Virus record (IMG/VR): IMGVR_UViG_3300022074_000005 | Direction: 5' to 3' (one strand) | Source of the DNA: a virus | Length of the DNA: 64,000 nucleotides | Shown here: positions 10,275 to 19,245 of the stretch, piece after piece | Layout: each line of letters begins with the position of its first letter | How positions within the stretch are numbered: position 1 is the stretch's first letter | Made by a program: the position numbers and the translations under genes | Notes under the pieces: model-generated | Databases searched by the model: none | What the model saw: the letters and a program-made list of their open reading frames with translations, nothing else | What the model was told of the DNA's origin: nothing

Positions 10275-11051
10275 TTAATCACTTTTTGCGTCTTCATAGA
10301 AAGCTGTAGTTTCGTTAAATCCAAAATCATCATCTGCATTGGCAGTTGCTGGTGAAGGTGTAACTGTATATCTTTGCTCTCTCGTTGGTGACTTATCAGG
10401 TAAGTCTGTATATTGGTCAACTTGAACTCTTTTAATAACTTTACTATCTGTTACTGGTCCGTATAGATAAAATTTAGAAGTGAAATTTAATGTGTAGATA
10501 ATTGCTCTTCTTTCTGTAAACTGACCTCTGTAACTATCTTCGTAATTAATTGAATTTAAAATAATTGGTATATCTCTTTTGATACCCATATCTGACATAT
10601 CATTAATTGTAACAGTATAATCTGGTTGAAAGAAAGGTAATATTTGTTCTATAATTTGTAACGCATCATCTGATTGTTTTGCCATAATAAACAATTCAAA
10701 ATCTAAATTATATGGCACTGGCATAAATTGAGTTTCTAATTGACTTGTAGTACCAGATTTTGCTTTTTTAAATTTTTGAACTCTATTTAATTTTCTTGTA
10801 GTATCGTATGCCATGTTTTGAATTTCAAAACCAATACGAGGTAAAGTAATTGCTACTTTACTTGTTAGATCAGCATCTTGATCTAATCTTGCTAGAAACT
10901 TTTGTTTTGGACCATATGCTAAAGGCACTTTCATTTTTTGAATGATTGTACCATTATTATCTTTTCTAACTAAATTGATATTATTAAATATCGTACCAAA
11001 TGAGACAACCATCTTTCTGATTGTTTCGTGATAAAATTGTGTTCCTAACAT
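10275..11051 (-). CDS. gp15: tail sheath stabilizer / tail completion protein
   Basis: FYHETIRK..FGTIFNNI, VPLAYGPKQKFL, QIIEQILPFFQP. Confidence 0.93.
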   Translation of the reverse strand: MLGTQFYHETIRKMVVSFGTIFNNINLVRKDNNGTIIQKMKVPLAYGPKQKFLARLDQDADLTSKVAITLPRIGFEIQNMAYDTTRKLNRVQKFKKAKSGTTSQLETQFMPVPYNLDFELFIMAKQSDDALQIIEQILPFFQPDYTVTINDMSDMGIKRDIPIILNSINYEDSYRGQFTERRAIIYTLNFTSKFYLYGPVTDSKVIKRVQVDQYTDLPDKSPTREQRYTVTPSPATANADDDFGFNETTAFYEDAKSD

Positions 11052-11060
11052 TTTCTATTC

Positions 11061-12068
11061 CTATTCTCCAGCATCACCAAAAGGGTTTCTTTCAGAGAAG
11101 TCTAGTATTGAATCATCTGCTTTATCAAATAATTCATTTTGACTTGTTACATCTATTGTACCGTCACCAATTATATATGTCTCTTGGATTAGGTAGTTTG
11201 AACTTACAGAGTCATCTGCTTGTTCAAGTAATATGTTTTCACCGACAGACCTACTATCATTTTCATGTACAACAACATCACTATCTTCCATTAATAACGT
11301 ATCAGTTTGTGATGCGTTTGTAAAGAATTCTAATGCGATACTTTCGTTATATGCACTTGTTGATTCAAGTGTAAACTGATGGCCTAAAGTATCTGTTGTT
11401 AAAGCATCTTCGATAGCATCAACATCTGTAATGCCAGTATTTAGTTCCTCGCTAGAGTATTCAAACTGTCTGCATCTTAATTTGTAAACAGGGTTGTTAT
11501 CTAGTTGATGAAATGGTTCATCGTGATCTACGAAAGATATCTCAAATAATTTTTTAAGTATTGGATGAAAAACTAAATCACCCTCTAGTGGTCTTGTTGC
11601 AAACTCACCAAGTGTGTCATCTTCTTTTCTCAAGTAAGCACTTTCAAAAGAAGCACTAGCATTGTTTGTAGTATCAGCAGTAATAGTACCACTTTCTAAA
11701 AGTATTGAACCCTCAGTAGTATCTGTACCACTTTCAATATCTATTTGACGAGCAACATCATTAAATCTTTTTCTATGTACAACAAAAGTAATCTCGTTTC
11801 TATTTTCAAGACCAAACTGTTGCATGACTTCTTTCTCACCTTGAAATCCACCAGATGAGTCTTCAACATACATTTCAATTGTTTGAGATTTATTAAATTG
11901 TGATAAACTATCTTCGCCAAAGATATTATCTCTAGCTTGTAAAGTTCTATCTATATAATTTACATCATGTCCGTAGATTTGTATAGACTCTTTTACTAAG
12001 TCTGAATACAAGTTTTTTTCTACATCGAGAGTAGTATTGTCTGTTTTAAATAGACTGTTGACAGCCAT
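11061..12068 (-). CDS. gp14: neck protein
   Basis: ESIQIYGHDVNYI, RPLEGDLVF, DFSERNPFG C-terminus; carries acidic insertions. Confidence 0.9.
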   Translation of the reverse strand: MAVNSLFKTDNTTLDVEKNLYSDLVKESIQIYGHDVNYIDRTLQARDNIFGEDSLSQFNKSQTIEMYVEDSSGGFQGEKEVMQQFGLENRNEITFVVHRKRFNDVARQIDIESGTDTTEGSILLESGTITADTTNNASASFESAYLRKEDDTLGEFATRPLEGDLVFHPILKKLFEISFVDHDEPFHQLDNNPVYKLRCRQFEYSSEELNTGITDVDAIEDALTTDTLGHQFTLESTSAYNESIALEFFTNASQTDTLLMEDSDVVVHENDSRSVGENILLEQADDSVSSNYLIQETYIIGDGTIDVTSQNELFDKADDSILDFSERNPFGDAGE

Positions 12069-12072
12069 GACG

Positions 12073-12885
12073 TTAACCCTTCATTATTAGATCGGGGTAT
12101 TGCATGTTTTGTATTTGTTCTTCTAGTCTAGTTATTTCTTCTTGAGCTTGAGTAAATATTTGTTCACCATTCATAGTGACACCACCTAACATTTGAACCT
12201 CATTGAACTTAGACAAGTTTTGACCCCATTGTTTTTTTATTAATGCAGTTGCATATCTTTTAAGATGCATATCGTTAAATAAATCTGTATATGTGGCAGG
12301 GTCAAGCTTTCTATAACATTCAATAATTAAATAATCATTTTCGCTTATGTCATTTGTCCAATCCATATCAATATATAATCTTCTTTGATGTTCATAAAAT
12401 CTTAATGGACTTTCGCCTACCAATAAATGTGACAAGTAATCTAAATGTTGCATTGTCATTTCGTAATGTATAATACTTGTTGAAGAAAAATCATACAGGT
12501 CATTCAATCTTAATTGATATCTTATATCAAACATATTATTAGTAGCTGCGTTATCAAAACTAAAAATGTTTAGTACTGAAACTACTGAGTCAGGCATAGG
12601 GATGAAGTTTTTACCTTCTTGAAAAGATGCTGTGATTGAACTATCTGCAACGTCTGTCGCAGTTGTAGTTATATTTTCACTACCTCTAGTTATGTCTGCT
12701 GATGTAATTTTATATTTAAGATACATCTTCTCAATACCATCGTAATAGTAATGAGAAAAATATTGTAGTGCTTCGTCTAATCTATCGTCTGCTTGATCGT
12801 CTGTTATATTGATTTGTACAGCACCTTTACCTAAATTTCTTAGGCAATATTCTTTTAATGTACTCTTTGAATTTGGAATGGCCAT
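12073..12885 (-). CDS. gp13: neck protein
   Basis: LKEYCLRNLG, YATALIKKQWGQNLSKF...GGVTMNG. Confidence 0.93.
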   Translation of the reverse strand: MAIPNSKSTLKEYCLRNLGKGAVQINITDDQADDRLDEALQYFSHYYYDGIEKMYLKYKITSADITRGSENITTTATDVADSSITASFQEGKNFIPMPDSVVSVLNIFSFDNAATNNMFDIRYQLRLNDLYDFSSTSIIHYEMTMQHLDYLSHLLVGESPLRFYEHQRRLYIDMDWTNDISENDYLIIECYRKLDPATYTDLFNDMHLKRYATALIKKQWGQNLSKFNEVQMLGGVTMNGEQIFTQAQEEITRLEEQIQNMQYPDLIMKG

Positions 12886-13663
12886 GTATTTTTCCTTTTA
12901 AGTATTTATCTAAATCCCTTTTTGGTCGCCATCCCAAAGATAATATGTCCTTGATATTTGCAGTATTATCAAGACTTTCGCCACTATGACCTTCTTTTGT
13001 TGGTATATTTTTAAAGTATTTATCGACCAATTCGTTTACTTTTATGCCTTTTCCACTTGCAATTTCATATGTGTGTTGTGTCCAATCCATATAAAACTCT
13101 TTTCTATATATCAACAATTTTATCGCATCAACAACATCTAACACATGTATAAAATCTCTAGTGTGTTCAGTCTTGTATTCTAGTGTTCCGTCAATCATCT
13201 TTTGAGTTAACATAGTAGGTCTACAACCATCACCAAAAACATTTGTAAATCTTAATCCTATATGTTTACCTGTTGCTTTTGCTACAGCTTCCATTGCTTT
13301 TTTAGAACCTGCATATGGGTTCTTCCACCAATAATGTGCGTTTGATGATGACGCATAAACACATGGTGTTTTATTTTCAGCACACAATTTAAACAAATTT
13401 GTTGACCATTCAACATTTGTTTCGTACCATTTATCTGGGTTATCAAAAGATTTACGTACATCTGCTAGAGCTGCCAAATGTACAACTCTGTCAACATCTT
13501 CTAACGTTTCTTTTGTAATATCTTTAAAGTTTCTAATCGCAGGTTGTCCTAATTCATTTCTACCATGCAAATCCCACTTTGAAACTTCGTGGCCATCTAA
13601 TTCTAACTCTTCGACAAGATTACGACCTATAAATCCTTGAGAGCCAGTTACTAATATTTTCAT
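12827..13663 (-). CDS. NAD-dependent nucleotide-sugar epimerase/dehydratase (extended SDR)
   Basis: KILVTGSQGFIG Rossmann motif, HLAA, ASSS, YAGSK (YxxxK), RDFIHV; ATG at 13663 preferred to TTG at 13669. Confidence 0.9.
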   Translation of the reverse strand: MKILVTGSQGFIGRNLVEELELDGHEVSKWDLHGRNELGQPAIRNFKDITKETLEDVDRVVHLAALADVRKSFDNPDKWYETNVEWSTNLFKLCAENKTPCVYASSSNAHYWWKNPYAGSKKAMEAVAKATGKHIGLRFTNVFGDGCRPTMLTQKMIDGTLEYKTEHTRDFIHVLDVVDAIKLLIYRKEFYMDWTQHTYEIASGKGIKVNELVDKYFKNIPTKEGHSGESLDNTANIKDILSLGWRPKRDLDKYLKGKIHGHSKFKEYIKRILPKKFR

Positions 13664-13691
13664 TGACAATTCCTATATAAATATCTATAAT
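13663..13691 (+). promoter_or_regulatory. consensus sigma70 promoter with embedded late promoter, for glycosyltransferase pair
   Basis: TTGACA(13663-68)-17 bp-TATAAT(13686-91); TATAAATA at 13676-83 inside the spacer. Confidence 0.8.
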
Positions 13692-13700
13692 GTTATGTAC

Positions 13701-13730
13701 ATATTAACAAATTGAAGGTGATTATGTCAA
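13701..13730 (-). promoter_or_regulatory. sigma70-like promoter for epimerase
   Basis: CCCTTGACA-18 bp-TAATAT with TG extended -10 on minus strand. Confidence 0.55.
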
Positions 13731-14605
13731 GGGTTATTTACTCAATATATATCGATATTCCTAAAGAAAAATTAGACTTACACGATACACACATTCTTAA
13801 AAAGAACGAAACGCCAATGAATCTTAAAATGAAACAGGCGTTTATAGATCACTATGATTGGCTCGTAGAAACGAAAAAACGCTATGCAGACAAGATAGGT
13901 GCAGATTTTCAAATGTATGAATACGATGAAGATTACATTAAGTTTCATGAAGAGTACTCAAAAAAATATCCATTTCTTACAGATTATAATATAGTAAACA
14001 AATATAAATTACATATTTTAGATAGACTTGTTAATTACAAAGATGAAGTACTATATCTAGACTTTGATGCTATACCGACTACTAACGAATCCTTTTTTGA
14101 TGTATGGGATTTAAATAAGGGTATTACCATATTACATAACAACGATAAGATAAGAGACCCAGGGCAACATATACATCGTATCAATGGCACTATTCGTTCA
14201 CCGTCAGCAAAATATTTTAATGCAATGGCAATGTTAGAAGAGACAGATAATAAACCTCAATGTGATGTAGTAAATACTGCTATCATTGGTGCAACAAAAG
14301 AACATTGGAAAAAGTTAAAATACTTTGATGATTTAAAACAATCATTTGATTTAATGACATATTTAAAAAGTGATGAGTATCAATCTATGTATCCACCAAA
14401 TATAACTAAAACATTTGGATATGACAATGAAACTATATTTACATATAAGTTAGTTGCAAATAATGTATCAGTACAATGGTTAGATTATCAATGGCATTTC
14501 TTTTATGATAATAATAGAGGTATTCCTCAAGACGCAAAAATAGTACATGCAATAAACAAAGAATTTGAAAGAGTAAAACAATTTTATGAAAAACTTAATC
14601 TTTAG
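13724..14605 (+). CDS. GT-A fold glycosyltransferase-like protein
   Basis: VLYLDFD (DxD), VNTAIIG, DNETIF, W..F and IVHAINK motifs; ATG at 13724 follows AAGGTG. Confidence 0.75.
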   Translation: MSRVIYSIYIDIPKEKLDLHDTHILKKNETPMNLKMKQAFIDHYDWLVETKKRYADKIGADFQMYEYDEDYIKFHEEYSKKYPFLTDYNIVNKYKLHILDRLVNYKDEVLYLDFDAIPTTNESFFDVWDLNKGITILHNNDKIRDPGQHIHRINGTIRSPSAKYFNAMAMLEETDNKPQCDVVNTAIIGATKEHWKKLKYFDDLKQSFDLMTYLKSDEYQSMYPPNITKTFGYDNETIFTYKLVANNVSVQWLDYQWHFFYDNNRGIPQDAKIVHAINKEFERVKQFYEKLNL

Positions 14606-15425
14606 TATCTGGCGACCTGCAAAGATAGAAAAAAACTTTGAGGACAGACGAACATACGTAAACAATCAATTAGAAAAATACTTTGATAAATTAGTTGATA
14701 ATAAAAAATTATATGCAGATAAGATAGGTGCAGAGTTTAAATTATTAGAACCAGAGAGTGATCTTTATGATAATATGAACTTTGAAAAACTATTTTTACT
14801 TGATAAGTTTGCATATGATTATGATAATGTTTTGTATCTAGATTTAGATGTTATTGCTAACACTACTAAAAGTTTTTTCGATAAGTTTGATATGAATACT
14901 TTGATATGTAGATATGAACCATGTACCAGATATGATAGAATGGGATTACATGCTTTGTTAGACACGATGGTTAATGATAGTGAAGAGAGAAGAAAGTATA
15001 TTCAACATCTAAAACAAAAAGGTGAGTTTGTAAAATTTGCTAGGGAATATATTGATAAACACTTTGAAGAAGCGTGGTCTAAACTAGACAAGTACCATTG
15101 GATGAAAAAAGGTCAAGAAGTACAAAAGATAATACCAGATGGTGAACATTGGATTTTCAATACAGGTATTACTGGTGGAGGTTCTGATATAATAAAAAAA
15201 TTAAATATTCATAAACACTACGAAGAGTTTAAGAAACTTGATGTACAACAAAATAATGAAGTATTTTTAACTTGGTTAGTAAAGAAAGAAAAGTTTCCTC
15301 TTACTCAACTACCTGAATGGTGGCATTACAATTGTTTAAAATCAGATAATAAGATTGCCAATGCATGTATGTGGCATGTAACAGATAAAAACTTTGAGAG
15401 AGTTTTTAGGCTTGTGAACTTTTAA
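14586..15425 (+). CDS. GT-A fold glycosyltransferase-like protein (paralog)
   Basis: YADKIGAEF shared with upstream paralog; VLYLDLD, FNTGITG, NNEVF, WHVTDK. Confidence 0.75.
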   Translation: MKNLIFSIWRPAKIEKNFEDRRTYVNNQLEKYFDKLVDNKKLYADKIGAEFKLLEPESDLYDNMNFEKLFLLDKFAYDYDNVLYLDLDVIANTTKSFFDKFDMNTLICRYEPCTRYDRMGLHALLDTMVNDSEERRKYIQHLKQKGEFVKFAREYIDKHFEEAWSKLDKYHWMKKGQEVQKIIPDGEHWIFNTGITGGGSDIIKKLNIHKHYEEFKKLDVQQNNEVFLTWLVKKEKFPLTQLPEWWHYNCLKSDNKIANACMWHVTDKNFERVFRLVNF

Positions 15426-16101
15426 TTTCTAATAAAGTCTGTATTACTTCTAAAGGTGTTTTTGCTTTTCTTAATTTAGACTTAACTTCTTTATCTTCAG
15501 ATTTCTGAACCATATCTAATTCAAAAGCTGCAAGTTTACAAACAAACAAATCTTCTTTTTGTTTTTCTTCATCAAAAGGACCAAAGAATAATTTAATTGA
15601 TTGTGTATAAAATTTAGTATCTACTTTCGCACTATTACTTTCTGAATCGTAATACGCTACTGGGTCAATAAGATAACCTTCTTTTTTTCCTAGACGTATA
15701 GCAAATTCTTTGAATGATGCTTCTTCAGCTTTAATTCTTTGATAAGTATTTTCCATGATCTCATCTTTATCAGTTAATTGATATACTTGTTCAACTAACC
15801 AAGCTCTTGATGGGTCTGTCTCTTCAAAATCAAACTCAAGTCTTTCAGAACCACCATCGTCTTCATAGAAGATTCTCATAGTTGTTCTTTCAGAGTTAGT
15901 ATATTCTGCTCTGTTAAAAGTAACAATCTTATGACCTAAGTCAATTTCTTTTTTACTATGATCAGGTTTTGGTTTACCTTCAATAGGTGTTTCGGGTGCT
16001 TTTTGGATTTCTTTTTGAACTTTTACTTTATGACCATTATGATCTATGTAAGTTACACTATCTAGATCGATACGTCTATCTTCATGCATTTTTTTTAGCA
16101 T
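15406..16101 (-). CDS. hypothetical protein
   Basis: 231-aa ORF with SD GGAG; downstream of fibre genes. Confidence 0.65.
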   Translation of the reverse strand: MLKKMHEDRRIDLDSVTYIDHNGHKVKVQKEIQKAPETPIEGKPKPDHSKKEIDLGHKIVTFNRAEYTNSERTTMRIFYEDDGGSERLEFDFEETDPSRAWLVEQVYQLTDKDEIMENTYQRIKAEEASFKEFAIRLGKKEGYLIDPVAYYDSESNSAKVDTKFYTQSIKLFFGPFDEEKQKEDLFVCKLAAFELDMVQKSEDKEVKSKLRKAKTPLEVIQTLLEIKSSQA

Positions 16102-16135
16102 TCATTCACTCCTTAATAACAAAAGTTATTATATA

Positions 16136-17101
16136 TTATTCTCTATTTATTTTAAAGTTAAAAGTACTAATTGTTGCTGATGAACCATTAGGGAACTTTT
16201 GTGATCTGTAATCGTCACCACCTACAAATCTGTTTGTCTCAGAACCTGAACCATCTAGTTTAGTATCAACCATAGAGTCACCTCTAGTTTCACCAGAACC
16301 ATTAATGTTGTATCTGATATTATGACCAGAAGCTGAATCATCACTAGCTGCAAGGTCTCTCATAAACTGTTCTAATACATCTGTAATGTCAGCTGCATCA
16401 TCACCTGAAGTTGCGTATTCTTTCAAGTCATTGTTACTATCGATGTACAATAAGTTTTGAGATGGTGTAATTGATGTTGCATCTTGTCTATGTAAGTAAT
16501 AGTTGTTTACTGTAGATGAATGATCTTGAAAACTACCTGATGTTCCAATTTGGTCAGAACTATAAGAACCTGTATCTGCTCTTGTATCTGTAAATACAGC
16601 AGTTGAAGATATTAAAGTAAAACCAGAAACCGATGTACCTGTTTTGATAGCAAATGTTCCACCAAAGTCACCTGTATTTCCCTCAGACGAAGCACACATT
16701 AATACGATTGCTGGTTTAATAAAAGTATCTAGAAAGTCTGTAAGTGACATTGCTTGAATACCACCTGAACCATCATAGTACACAGGAAAAGATTTACCTG
16801 TATCTGAAAGTACAGACGGGTTAGTAACAGCGTTACCCGATATATGGTCAAAGTTTGTAGTGACCGTTGTTAGTGAACCTGAACCAGGGTGAGATGAGTT
16901 TTGTTGAGTAGCTGCACTTGATCTAAATCTAGTGTCTGCCATAGTTGGTGATAAATCACCAGAGTTGGCTGCGACTGAACAAACTACACTTGGGTTGCCT
17001 GCATACATTGAGATAGCTTTTCTTTGCCATTCAAGTAATTGAGCTGAACTCATTTCTATTAAATTACCACTATCGTAATATAACGGGTTTCTTGCTGTCA
17101 T
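16136..17101 (-). CDS. virion structural protein (fibre-associated)
   Basis: Ser/Thr/Gly-rich; three repeats PLYYDSGNL / PVYYDGSGGI / LLYIDSNNDL. Confidence 0.65.
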   Translation of the reverse strand: MTARNPLYYDSGNLIEMSSAQLLEWQRKAISMYAGNPSVVCSVAANSGDLSPTMADTRFRSSAATQQNSSHPGSGSLTTVTTNFDHISGNAVTNPSVLSDTGKSFPVYYDGSGGIQAMSLTDFLDTFIKPAIVLMCASSEGNTGDFGGTFAIKTGTSVSGFTLISSTAVFTDTRADTGSYSSDQIGTSGSFQDHSSTVNNYYLHRQDATSITPSQNLLYIDSNNDLKEYATSGDDAADITDVLEQFMRDLAASDDSASGHNIRYNINGSGETRGDSMVDTKLDGSGSETNRFVGGDDYRSQKFPNGSSATISTFNFKINRE

Positions 17102-17142
17102 AATTATCCTTTATACTATACTTATATACCTTTTGTCAACTA

Positions 17143-18426
17143 TTATATAGCTGCGTGTCCGTTTACAGTTTTCAAAGTCGAACCAGAAGAGTTTTTAATC
17201 AATAGAATACTATCTGGTGTTGCGTGAAACTTACCAGTTGAACCTACGATTTTTGCTTTTTCTGTAGCCGCTTCTGAATTACCACATCTGAACGAAATCT
17301 TAGTTGCGTTATTAGATGCAGAGAAGTCACCTTCAGAAACACACTCAACAGCACCTGCAACTAAAATTGCATCTGTACCTGTGCCTTCATCGGGAGCTTG
17401 GAACTGTATAGAACCTAATACGTTGTTAGCTGCAACATCTGTATCACCTGTTTGCATTGTAAGAACAGCACCAACACCAGAGTTACCTGTAGTTGAAGTG
17501 TTTTTCATAGTGATACCTGTATCTGCTACGTGAGTTAAAGTTACATCTGAGTCTGCACCAAAAGATAATATAGCTGCGTCAGATATTAATCTTAAATCAT
17601 CACCGATTGATGCGTCTGCAGCTACACCAAGTCCACCACCGACAGTTAATGCACCGTCTGTAGCACTTGTGTTTGCAGTTGTTGCTGTAATTGAAACAAC
17701 ACCACCAGAAGATATTCCGATTGCGTTTGTATCTGAAGCTGATCCGATTGTACCTGCATCAGGTATTACGATTGCACCACTTGAACCGTTAAGTGTTAAA
17801 ACACCAACTGAAGATAATGCCATAGTTTCAGCAGCTGCAGCTGAAGCCGCAGTTTGAAACGATAGTTTTGTTGCGTTGTTAGATGAACTAAAGTCACCTT
17901 CTGAAACAGCAGAGATACCACCTGCAACTAGAATTGCATCTGTACCTGTACCTTCATTTGGTGCTTGGAATTTAATATGTCCTAAAACGTTGCCTGATGC
18001 GATATCTGTATCGCCAGTCTGCATTGTAAGAACAGCACCAACACCAGAGTTACCTGAAGTTGACTCGTTCTTTAAAATCAGACCTGTGTCTGCAACGTGA
18101 GTTAATGTTATGTCTTGATCGTTACCAAATTTGATAACTGAACCATCTGCTAGAAATAAGTCAGAAAATTCTGCTGACGCAGAACCTATTGCTGCTCCAT
18201 CGGCGCTGGATGGCACAATAGAAGTTGTTATTGCTGGAGAGGTTAAAGTTTTGTTTGTTAACGTGGACGTGCTTGCAGCAGTCACCATCGCAAATCCGCC
18301 TGCTGTGCTTCCGTCATGTACTCGAAGAGTATCGACCGTTGTATCATAGGTGATTTCACCTAAAGCGCCAGTAAATGCGTTATTCTGCGTTGTTGTACCA
18401 CGTCTAAATTGAAGTACTGTAGGCAT
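17143..18426 (-). CDS. tail fibre-like protein with Mtd-like N-terminus and internal duplication
   Basis: MPTVLQFRRGTT...GALGEITYDT...LRVHDGSTAGG N-terminus; two ~100-aa repeats 189 aa apart. Confidence 0.8.
   Translation of the reverse strand: MPTVLQFRRGTTTQNNAFTGALGEITYDTTVDTLRVHDGSTAGGFAMVTAASTSTLTNKTLTSPAITTSIVPSSADGAAIGSASAEFSDLFLADGSVIKFGNDQDITLTHVADTGLILKNESTSGNSGVGAVLTMQTGDTDIASGNVLGHIKFQAPNEGTGTDAILVAGGISAVSEGDFSSSNNATKLSFQTAASAAAAETMALSSVGVLTLNGSSGAIVIPDAGTIGSASDTNAIGISSGGVVSITATTANTSATDGALTVGGGLGVAADASIGDDLRLISDAAILSFGADSDVTLTHVADTGITMKNTSTTGNSGVGAVLTMQTGDTDVAANNVLGSIQFQAPDEGTGTDAILVAGAVECVSEGDFSASNNATKISFRCGNSEAATEKAKIVGSTGKFHATPDSILLIKNSSGSTLKTVNGHAAI
17453..18056. repeat. direct repeat within fibre gene
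   Basis: 37-nt identical TGCATTGTAAGAACAGCACCAACACCAGAGTTACCTG at 17453-17489 and 18020-18056 (567 bp apart), inside a longer degenerate repeat. Confidence 0.9.
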
Positions 18427-18461
18427 TTGAATAAAGCTCCTTTATATTCTTTTATTTTTTA

Positions 18462-18469
18462 TATTTATA
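18462..18469 (-). promoter_or_regulatory. T4-type late promoter
   Basis: TATAAATA on minus upstream of fibre gene. Confidence 0.75.
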
Positions 18470-18485
18470 TTTAGTATTTATCATT

Positions 18486-19019
18486 TTATATACCACTAGC
18501 TTGTCCTAAATCTTGGGTATTTACTATCCCTTTAGGCTCATTCATATCATATAAGTTGGAAGATAACGAAAATCCAAAAGAATCTTGAATAGAAGTATCA
18601 AATGGAGTTTCACCCCCTGCCAAATCTGCGTTTCCGTCAGCAGTGGGTAATTGTGTCAATGTTGAATTAGAAAACCCTAGATCGGCAGTATATGCAACGG
18701 TACCATCTGCATTTTTGAAAGTAATTGTTCTATCTGCTGTGGGTTCTGTAAAAACAACTGTTGTTTCAAAGGCATCAACATTCTGGCCTTCTACTACAAA
18801 TCTGTCATTTTCTAATTTAAATGTTGTAGGAGTAATAGAGTCAAGAGAAAAAGTACCCGTAACTGTCAAGTCACCTACTGATATAGAAGTGGCTGCGACA
18901 TTCGTTAAGTTCAAAGTACCTGCTTCAATCGCAGTTACATCGGTAACTAACTCATTGAACTGAACTCTTAATTGTTCAATCGTACTATTGTTATCTATTT
19001 CTATCGCTCTAATTGCCAT
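18486..19019 (-). CDS. virion structural / fibre adaptor protein
   Basis: N-terminal STIEQLRVQFNEL resembles fibre N-termini; PTADRTITF motif. Confidence 0.65.
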   Translation of the reverse strand: MAIRAIEIDNNSTIEQLRVQFNELVTDVTAIEAGTLNLTNVAATSISVGDLTVTGTFSLDSITPTTFKLENDRFVVEGQNVDAFETTVVFTEPTADRTITFKNADGTVAYTADLGFSNSTLTQLPTADGNADLAGGETPFDTSIQDSFGFSLSSNLYDMNEPKGIVNTQDLGQASGI

Positions 19020-19245
19020 TTTTTTCTAACACCTTTTTTAACATATCTTTTATTTCGTGCATTTCACATTTTAAATTATTTATCTCTCTAGTCGCATGTC
19101 TTATTTCATCTCTTTGTTGAGATGCAGCTTTTGCTCTAGCAACTGCTTTTACATATGCAACTTTATTAGTATTAATAATTGCACTTGAGTTTCTATCTCT
19201 TACTAATTCAGAGTATCCCTCAACTTTTAAATATCTTTCGCTCAT
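19009..19245 (-). CDS. conserved hypothetical protein of marine T4-like phages
   Basis: YLKVEGYSELVRD..SSAIIN plus C-terminal coiled coil; follows VrlC-like gene. Confidence 0.7.
   Translation of the reverse strand: MSERYLKVEGYSELVRDRNSSAIINTNKVAYVKAVARAKAASQQRDEIRHATREINNLKCEMHEIKDMLKKVLEKNGN

Noticed and set aside
10223-10420. RiPP precursor peptide for the adjacent rSAM enzymes
   Set aside because: Out-of-frame overlap inside gp15; no leader/core pattern, and no convincing precursor nearby
17143-18426. Diversity-generating retroelement (Mtd-like N-terminus plus repeat)
   Set aside because: Both repeat copies are in-frame coding, differences are not adenine-specific, and no reverse transcriptase is in the window
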